DNA of 45,593 nucleotides. It comes from Gonapodya sp. JEL0774. Lineage: Eukaryota. The notes below the pieces were generated by a model. The model saw only the letters and a program-made list of their open reading frames with translations, was not told the origin of the DNA and searched no databases. Positions within the stretch are counted from its first letter, which is position 1, and every line of letters starts with the position of its first letter. Positions 36,865 to 45,593 of the stretch are shown here, one piece after another. Location of the stretch: assembly GCA_027604505.1 (NCBI GenBank), contig JADIIX010000159.1, positions 1 to 45,593 on the forward strand, in the 5' to 3' direction. The position numbers and the translations under genes were made by a program.

Positions 36865-37596
36865 TGTCTCGGCCTCGAGTCCCTTCTTCACGCAATAAAG
36901 AGAAACCAGGCACAATTCAAGGAACAGGGACCCCATCTTGAGCCGGTGGAGCCGGATCGCAGGGTGAATCGAAGGGGTCTCACGGTGACGGCGAGGACGT
37001 TGCACGAGCCGAGTGGGCAAAGCGTCAGAGAACGCCTGAGGAGTGAAATGAGGGAGAGCGAGGAGCGATATCGTGCGGATGAAAACAAAAATCGGGGGGA
37101 GGATTGCGAGGGGGGAGACGGGGTGAGGAGGGTGCAGCGTACTCTCCATGACCGATGCGGAGAACGACCATAGTGATGGTGTACGATTCCAATGCAGAGC
37201 AAATGTGTACATTGTGATATGCCATTACAACCTCTAAAAATATTATCCAACATTCAAGCACATTCTGGTGAGTCAAGCAACCAGCAAGCACACCCTTTCA
37301 CTCCAGGATCCAGCTGTGTCCCCCCACCATCCAGCTCCACCCTACCCACGCCCATCACGCGCCACTCAGGTTATGACGGTGATGCATACTTCTTGGTCCA
37401 CTACACGAGTCGGCAGAACGGGCGATGAGGCACGAAATCCCCAAAGTACCAGACGAATCCCACCTCACCCCCCTCAACGGATCAGCACAGTCAACTCACC
37501 TCTTTAGCCTCTTTCAAGTATTGCTTCCGGTCTGTGTTGTATTGCTCGGCGATGGCCGCTTGCAGGGCATCTTCGGGGTAGGGGTTGTCGAGGAGG
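36865..37596 (-). pseudogene. Inverted duplicate of the E2 gene 3' end (part of exon 6, last intron, exon 7) and downstream region ~30518-31245
   Basis: Reverse complement matches along its length, for example CCTCCTCGA[C/G]AACCCC[T/A]ACCCCGAAGATGCCCTGC, TGGACCAAGAAGTATGCATCACCGTCATAA and CTTTATTGCGTGAAGAAG. The intron is retained. Confidence 0.92.
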
Positions 37597-37639
37597 GGAT
37601 AGGGATGGCCTCAGCCATCTTGTGAAAATGCACAGGAAA

Positions 37640-39900
37640 ATCAAAAGGATTTGAAGTTAGAGTGTCTTTGAGTCTGTTGAATGCATCATTGTGGGCTTTG
37701 TCCCAATGCCATTTGGCTGTTTTGTGTGTTTCTTGCCACAGAGTCTAAGATATGTCTGCTGATTTCTCGATGAAATGGTGATAATATCCTTCACGTCCCA
37801 AGAATGAATTGAGCTCTTGATGTTCTTTGGCACTGGATATCATCTAATAGCTTCCACTTTCTTGGGGTCCATTTTAATCCATTTTAATCTGCCTGTTGTT
37901 TTGGACCAAGTGCCCCAAGTACCCAGTTTCTGCTTGACAGAAAGTGCATTTTGCCACACGGTGTTTCAATCCAGCTTTGAAAAGCGATTGAATACTGCCG
38001 CAATGTCCAGCACATGTTGCTTGAATGTTGGGGAGAATGCTATGATGTTGCCTATGTAAACAAGACAACTTGGCCACTTAAGGCCGGCCAGCATTGCATC
38101 CATCAATTGTTGTAACGTTGCTGGTGCATTTTTTAATCCATATGGCATTTGGATGAATTCGAATAGGCTGTCTGGCCTGAGGAACAAGTTTTGGGTAAGT
38201 CAACAGGATCAATTGGAACATTCCAGTGTAACTCCACGTTATGTCAAGAGTTGACACAGATCTTGCACCATGTAGAGAATCATGGGCAGTATTGATTTGC
38301 GGTAGGGGGTGTCTGTCTTTCACAGTTTAATCTGCGGTAATGCTCACAGAATTATATCTTCCTGTCCTTGTTAGGTGCTAATACAACTGGTGCAACCCAA
38401 GGTGAAGAGGTTGGCTGTATAATATGATGTGCTCCCATTTTTTTGACGTGTTCCTGGATTATTCCAAACTCTTTGTGTGTGGTGTGGCAGGGTGGGTGCG
38501 TGCCAGTGTCAATTTTGTGTGTCACCCCTTTGATTTTTCCGGAATTGATCCTTGCGAGAACAAATTGTGGTATTGGTTGTGCATAAATTGTGCTATGAAA
38601 TTGTGTTGTTGCATTGTGATACTGTTTGGTTTTGCAAAGTCGAGATTTCAATTGGGTGTTCTGGCAGATAAATATCAGTTGCATTCCCCCCTTTCAACAA
38701 GTTCCCTAATTTGCTCACAAGTTGGGAGGGGTGTTTGGGAAAGGGGACTGTCGGGATTTGGTGTACCAACAGTTTTTGAAACCTCCTTGACAATATTGTC
38801 CAAATCGTCTAACAGATCGCATTTTAGGGTGACAAGCCTCCAAGCTGTGATGAGGTTTTTAATCTGCTACTTGAGTACCTGCTTTAAGAGTGATGTCCTT
38901 GCATGAGAAGCTCTGTAAGAACACGTTGGCTTTTCCTTGTGCCATAGGATACAAGAGGTTGGCTGCATAGATACCATGTTTCACAGCTGAATACAATGTC
39001 TAGTGGTCCACATTCATCCGACCCATTGTCACATTGAGAGAAGTGCATCCTGAACATGGGCCACAGCACTGTCACTGTTCTTAAGGTGAATATCCTTTGA
39101 TAACAAAGGTTGCCCAGCACACAAAAGATTAGTTCCTTTTGTAGTTCAAACTCAAGTTTATGTTCAAGTTATTTAGTTTCCAGGTTCTGAAAAGCGATCT
39201 AACCTCAGTCATAGTCTACTACAGCTCTAAAGACTCGTAGGAAATCAACACCAGCTATTAGATCATGTGGTAGCCCCAAGATAACTGCGAAACTGAGAAT
39301 GCCTTCCTTTCTGCCAACATTTAGTTCGAGGCAGAGGTGACAGCAAGGTATGGTTGCCTGGCCATTGTCCCAAGATTTGAGATTTTGATCCTTAAGATGC
39401 TGACATAAATGTTGTTTGCTCAGAGAGAGCTGCGCCTGAGTCTTGTATAGTTGGTTGCTGTGGCAGGTCTGCAACACTGCCTTGCATTTGCGCTGCACAC
39501 CAATAACCAGACATATCCTTGTATTCATCAGCTGAGTGGAATTCATGGTGAATGTTGGAGTGTGATTGCGAGAAATTGACTCGTCATGATGGAGGTGTAC
39601 ATGGGAAGGTGTCACAGGGAGGGAAAGATGCTAGAATATCCAGTGATGTCAATGAACCGATTTGCCTGAGGTTTTTAAGGTCAAAACATTAGTTTGAATG
39701 TCATTTGAATTATAAGGTTATTTTCTGATAAGTCCATTTGATCCTTCGTGTCTGTGATTTGCATGGTGTTGTTTACCAAGATATCCATAGGACCCTGAAT
39801 TTTGTTGAGTGATTTTTTAGGATGGCCAAGTTTTGGGTTTCATGAGTGTGGCAACATTTAATACCTGTCAATAAAACAAATTGGTGGCCAGAAAAATGTT
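37640..39900 (-). mobile_element. Decayed Ty3/Gypsy LTR retrotransposon fragment (protease and RT), truncated before RNase H
   Basis: Frameshifted pieces: LIAGVDFL (protease end), HKIDTG...IIQPTSSPWVAPVVL, KDRHPLPQI, MPYGLKNAPATLQ, CLVYIGNII (mutated YxDD), KCTF...YLGH, ending WDKAHNDAFNRLKDTLTSNP near 37650. Upstream boundary uncertain. Confidence 0.85.
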
Positions 39901-40330
39901 GGAGATGTGTTAACAAAACTTTGTGACTTTTTTGCAGGTGTTCTATTGAACATGCAAGGGTGGCCAGCCCCTGTATGACTTCTAGAAACACACTCTGAGT
40001 AGTTCCCATAACAATCACGATAGAGACCAGGCATCCCCTGACTGTCCAGCTACAGGCATGCCTGTAAACATCCACCACTGTGCCCAAGGGTATGCTTCCT
40101 CAGAATTCTCTTGCTCCGATTTTTATATTCCCATGCTTCACATCTGCCGTGAGGCAGACACATGCCAATGCATGCATGAAGGTCCAGCAGTGAGGTTTGC
40201 CATCCCCCTGCTCATGGGCCCCTCTACCCTCTTGCTAATTCCAGCTCTGTCCTCGTGCGGTCTTCTGTGTGTGTACTTCAACTTATTTAATGCATTCACT
40301 AATAAAAGAGGATTTACATCTGATCATTAA

Positions 40331-41960
40331 CTACTCACAAGAAGTGTACTCACCATCATCATTGTCCAATTGCATGAAATCCTCCGCTTGTTCCTGCATC
40401 AGATTGTTCATGCTGTTTGTGTTTGATTGATCCATGTAAATTGTTACCAAATCCTTCTGGAACCTCACTTTTGCCCACATCTTTCTGCTGCTATTTGCTG
40501 GTGCTCCTCTACCCCTCTTATTCACCTGTGTGTTGTTGTACAATTTGATACAATTTGTGATCATTGCCAAGTCTTGATCTATTGTGCCACAGATGTGGAA
40601 GGGGGCTTTGTATAGGGTGCCAGGCGTCCACTTCAGAGGCGCAAACTCAAATGCCCACATGAAATCCTTGGCATCGCTGATATCCGCCATGGATTTACAA
40701 TCACTTACCCAATGCCCATCTTTGAATCTGCAGTTCCAGCACCTCTCTACTGCCGGTCCAACTCCAGAGCACTCTATCACATGATCCCTCGATAGTCGGA
40801 CTCCATCATCACAATTGATGCAATCTTCATGGGATGAGACAAGTCCCATTTGCCAGCGCAAGATGGTCACCCAATCCTCACGCTTAATCCTTGAACGAGC
40901 GTCCAAATACTGGTGAGGTCGCGCGTTTGGTCTAACTCGAATTGCAGACACCACTGTCCCGTTTGCCTTCGTCTCAAAGTTCTCTCCCAATAGAGACTCC
41001 ATCTGCGCCTGTCTCCAGGTTATCCTCTCTGCCCGTAGCGCAATTGGTGGTGGTGGGTGAGGGGGGGGGGAGGCTCGCTGAAGAGGGTTGGCAATGTTGG
41101 AGTGCACGAAGAATCAGTTGCAGAGTGCAACTACTAGTGGGTTCCTCCTGTGGTGCACCTGTCCAATCATTGCTGCATATGGGATTGATCCTGCTGGGGG
41201 CGTGGATCGAAGCCTGCATCGCCACACTCCCACTCCAAGAATGGTGTCGTCCAGATGATAGCAAGTGCAACTCCCTTGCACAAAGCTCAAAGGGCTGCAC
41301 TCCAAGCACCCTGTGCATGGCATCACGACTGGTGTGGCGAGGGGCATTCCAGATCGCGTGAAGAGCACGCTCCTGACACTTCTGGTAGATCTGCTGCAGT
41401 GGTGCTGAAGGGAGCATCAGCTCAACTCCAAATTCCATAACTGGGCAAATGAAGGTGGTATACGCGTGGACCGCTGATCGTGGTGCCCATCCAGTAATGT
41501 TGAACCCCACTGACTTCAACATTGCTGTCACGCCATCTGCTTTCTTGCACCGATCCAAGCACAACTTCTTCCAGTTCACCCCTCCGCGAGTGAAGGGGAA
41601 TCCCAGGTAGCTGTGCTCCTCTTTTGATGAAAGATCCTCCCCATAGAGCTGAAGGGGGACTTCCCGTTGAGCAGGTTGCGGTGCAAATAGAATGCACTTG
41701 GTTGGTGCAAACCACATTCCAGCATTCACACTCCATGTTTGGCATACTCCCAGCAACCTCGCCATGCGCCGGTGATCGAATGCCACAAGAGCAGTATTGT
41801 CTGCAAACAGTAGAGCATTGATGAACTTGTTTGCCACTCGTACTCCTGTCTCCTCCTTCAGCTCGGACAGTGCTAAAGCAAGATCGTTGATGAAAAAATT
41901 GAACAGGTTTGGGGAGAGCGAAGATCCCTGGAACAGCCCACGCAAGTTCTCCAAGAGATT
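40331..41960 (-). mobile_element. 5'-truncated, decayed non-LTR retrotransposon (LINE): RT C-terminal half and CCHC-type zinc finger
   Basis: GLFQGSSLSPNLFNFFINDL, ALLFADNTAL (FADD mutated), FAPTKC, YLGFPF, YTTFICPVMEFG; downstream frame has ILRWQMG...CINC...RDHVIEC. Confidence 0.85.
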
Positions 41961-42009
41961 AGATGTGTTCCTCCCCACCTAGCAGTAAGCTGACAAAAGT
42001 CACCAAAGG

Positions 42010-45000
42010 TGACATCCTTTGTACAATGTGTTTACTAAGCGGCTGCAGCTGAGATGCCTGCACAACTAAGATCACTAGGAAAATCTCAAAACTACTCTAT
42101 ATGCATCTATATACTATTGGATATCACATCTATCCAAGGAATGGGTGCTGAGACCAGGGGTGATGCGTGAGGGTGAAGGGGGACGACTGCCGTCGTGCTT
42201 GTGGGGTCACGTTACTCTGGCTAAACTCCCGTTTTTAGCCGTTGTCTCACAACACTCACTGGGGTTCTCAAAAGCGAGTCCCACTCGAGCAATGGGTGTT
42301 CACATGTACCACTTGTACGTCGGTAGGGTGGTTGGGTCGGCATCAGGTGGTGCGGTGCGACGCACTTGGTCAACGTATTCTTGCATCAGCTTACGGCGCT
42401 GTACAAATCCTCTACAGCAAGTGCAGTGCGTAAGGATCTTCCCGTCCAGACGGGGGTGGTTGTGTTTGTACACATCAATAAGGTGGTCGGCCACCAGGAG
42501 GCCTTCAGGTTGCCACTCAGGTGTAGCATACCCACGGAATTTCACAAGGTATTTGACCAGTGCCCATTTGGTTTCAGGTTGCACCTTCTTGTTGAGGACA
42601 GCTTCCACCACGTAGGTCGGTTGGAAGTCAGGGCCCAGGTCAACTTGAGCGATGTCTTGCTGAGCAACTGCAGCATCAACTGGTGTTTGCATCTTGCCAG
42701 TTGAGTGAGCGGGTGTAGTGCTCATGCGTGCTTGGTCTGGGACGTAATGAGTCACCCATGGCTGGAATCTTCGCATGCAACTGACACAGGCACTCATCTC
42801 ATGCTCAGTGCTGATATGGCTTAGCTGACAAAGGTTCTTGCTGATCTTCTCGGTGATGCTGTATGGTCCAATCCAGCAGGAGATGAGCTTCGTACAGTCC
42901 CCTTTTCGATTGGATTCCTCGTTGTACACCATGACAAGTTGGTTGATGTCAAAGGCAGGAACAGATGCCATGTGCTCATAGTTAGCTTGACGAATCTTCC
43001 TCTGCTGACGCATGTGTGTGCGTAGTAGGTCATATGCATGGGCCTGGACAGCAGTTGCAGTTGGCACGTCTTGAGGCCTCGTTCGCAGGGGTTTAGTGAC
43101 ACTGGGAAATAGAAGGTCTGCTGGGAGTCTTGCATCTCTCAAATGGTTGAGGAAGAAGGGCATGTCTCCTAGGGCTCGATGGACAGTGGTCCGATATGCA
43201 AACTAGATGGGTTCAATTACAACATCCCAATTGGTATGACTGGCGTTGATATATGTTGTCAGAGCGTCATTAATAAAGCGATGTGGGTGTTTGATCAGAG
43301 AGTTGGACTCAGGATGATATGCAGCTGAGAGTGTGTGCTGGAAGCACAAAGCTTTGCCAAGTTTTGCATGACACTGTTTACGCATTGTCGGAATGCAAGC
43401 GTAAGAAGACACCATGTCAACAAATCCAGTGTCAAAAAATGGCATCTGCCACAACTTCAGCAGACATCGATGGGATTGGGACCCCTTTGAGCCACCGTAA
43501 CTTGTGGTCAATCATGGTGAGGACATGCTGATTCTTGCGTTCAGTGGTTGGGAACGGTCCTAAGATGTCAATGGAGATCTCATCCCGAGGGTTGATGTCT
43601 TCCGTGTTGAACACCAGCAAGTGGCCTTGTGCATGTGGTCGACTTGGTGTACGACTTTGGCACACAATGCATGTGGCAGTCCAACAGCGCACGTCGCAGG
43701 ATATACCAGGCCATGTAAAACACTGGCGAATGGCGTCCCACATTTAGCCAGAGGCAACGTGACCAGCTAATGGGTCTTCATGGTACGCCTGAAGAATTTC
43801 CTCCTTGCAGTTGCGAGGAACACAAATCTGTGTGGCCTTGTGCCATTGGTTGCTGCGCATGATCTCTGCTTTGCGTGTAAAGAGACCAGTTTGGGGCGCA
43901 ATCTCATGAAGAGCTGCTTGAGCAATTAATTGTACTGACACATTGTTGGAGCCTGTGCAGCAGACAGGTAATAGATAATTGGGGCCCAGTGTAGGTCGGA
44001 GCATTGATCAGCGGCAAACTGGTGTTGAAAGTCTTCAGTGTCTAATCCAACTGTCAGTGCAGCAAGGAGATTTATAGCGGGCTCATTTTCAGTGGCCTTG
44101 GTAGCAAGGGTGGGGCCTAACGGAGGTGGAAGATACATCTCCATGTCTGGGGGTGTAGGTTGCTCAAAGTGGGTAAGCGCGTCTGCATTACTGTTCTTGT
44201 TGCGTGGATGATAAGACAGAGTAAAGTCAAATTCTGCCAGTCTAAATGCCCAGCGGGTTAGGCGTCCTGGCTTTGAGGAATCCTTAAGCCATTGGAGGGA
44301 CTCGTGATTGGAGATCACTTCGAATGAAGCCATTTTCTCTCTGCATCAGTGAGACCTCTACTGGCATATGCTACAACGTATTCTTTATTCTGGTTGTCTT
44401 GTTGTGCAAGGATACCAGCAATAGCAATGCCAGATGCGTCTGTTTGCACCAGGAAGGGCTTGGCAAAGTCAGGTCGTCTCAAGGTGGCATCAGAGGCCAG
44501 TGCATCCTGGTGGGATTGGTCACAACGCCAGACACTATAGCAACGGGTGAGTTGCCGTAGTGGCCACAAGATTTCTGCAAAGTCTTGCACGAAGTGACGG
44601 TAGTAGCCAGACAAGCGATCCACGTTGGTGGGGGTGGCAAATTCACATATTGCTTTGGCTTTAGCAGGGTCCACTTTGATCTCGCCTTTGTTGGTAACAA
44701 TGTGGCCTAGGTATGCTGTTTCACTTTGGCCTAGAGTGCACTTCTTTGTACGAAGACAAAGGCCAGCTTCACAGATGCGTACCATCATGTCAGTGATGTC
44801 CATAATGCGCTTCTCAAACGACAGAGAGAATACGATGATATCGTCCATGTAGACGAGGCAGGAGATCCACTTAGTTCCTGCAAGAATTGCGTCCATCAGC
44901 CTTTGGAAAGTGGCTGGAGCATTGTTAACCTGAACGGCATGAGGAGGAATTTGAAGAGATTTCTGGGGTGATGAAGGCGGTCTTCAGTACATCGTCTTCA

Positions 45001-45593
45001 TGGATCTTTATGTTCCAGTAGCCCCAAGTGACGTCAAATGTGGAGATAAAGTTTGCATTTTTCAGGGAGCTTAGTGCATCATTGACTCTGGACTGTGGGT
45101 ATTGGTCTTTCTTGGTGATGGCGTTCAGCTTACAATAGTCAACGCAAAACCGTATTTTGCCATCCTTCTTAGGTACAAGTATGACAGGTGCCGCCCATGG
45201 ACTACTGGATGATTGGATTATCTTTTGGTCAAGCATTTGTTTGACTTCTTTAGCCATTGCAGGGTGCTCACAAAAGGCTGCGTGATGTGGAGGAACAGCA
45301 ATAGGTGGATGGTCACCTGTATCAATGCGATGGCAGATAGTGGGCACAAACCCTGGCGTCCCATTGTCAGAGAATATGTCAGAATATTGCTCGTGCAACA
45401 CCCGGGAGAGATTGGTTCACCATCAGCCAGCACTTGGTATTTCAAACGATCACCGAGGACAATGTGCTGCGGGATTTGGGGTAGGTACCTGTATTGTGTG
45501 GGTGGAGCAGCACCACAAATTTGCATAGAAGCAGGTGGTAAGACAGGGGGTGGCTGTTGGTAGCCAGAAACGTGGGGGGGTGTAAGAATAGAT
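42010..45593 (-). mobile_element. Decayed chromodomain-bearing Ty3/Gypsy element (chromovirus-type): RT, RNase H, integrase, chromodomain; continues past window end
   Basis: SSSPWAAPVILVPKKDGKIRFCVDY, CLVYMDDII, FLVQTDASG, VAYASRGLTDAERKW, YHEDPLAGH...CIVCQ (HHCC), ISIDILGPFP, WIGPY, YVVEAVL...YLVKFRGYATPEWQPE (chromodomain). Many frameshifts. About 42010-42255 may be the 3' LTR (TATA-like tract near 42100), unverified. Confidence 0.92.

Overview
Eukaryotic genomic DNA with many short GT-AG introns (GTGAGT/GTGAGC donors). Gene content suggests a fungus, probably an early-diverging lineage (inference). Left to right: (1) the frameshifted 5' part of a duplicate of the next gene; (2) a spliced non-RD TKL-type kinase fused to a long Sel1-repeat array (minus); (3) a possible catalytically dead alpha/beta-hydrolase-like gene; (4) a small secreted protein whose ORF appears to run through a real intron; (5) two diverged, inverted copies of a GC-rich dispersed repeat, plus micro/minisatellites; (6) three transcription-factor genes: a tentative divergent Gti1/Pac2 (WOPR), a fungal-specific TF with a possibly decayed Zn2Cys6 cluster, and a clear Gcn4/Cpc1-like bZIP; (7) a 7-exon E2 ubiquitin-conjugating enzyme with an 8-nt micro-exon, whose 3' end is duplicated in inverted orientation about 5.6 kb away; (8) between those inverted copies, a gene largely missed by the ORF track, built from a tandem array of 84-nt phase-2 exons each paired with a repeated ~67-nt intron, with an assembly gap inside the array; (9) an 8-kb block of decayed retroelements (two Ty3/Gypsy, one with a chromodomain, and a LINE) with CpG-specific mutations. 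The exon-array gene is the strongest candidate for something undescribed. All gene models were assembled by eye; no database searches were run.
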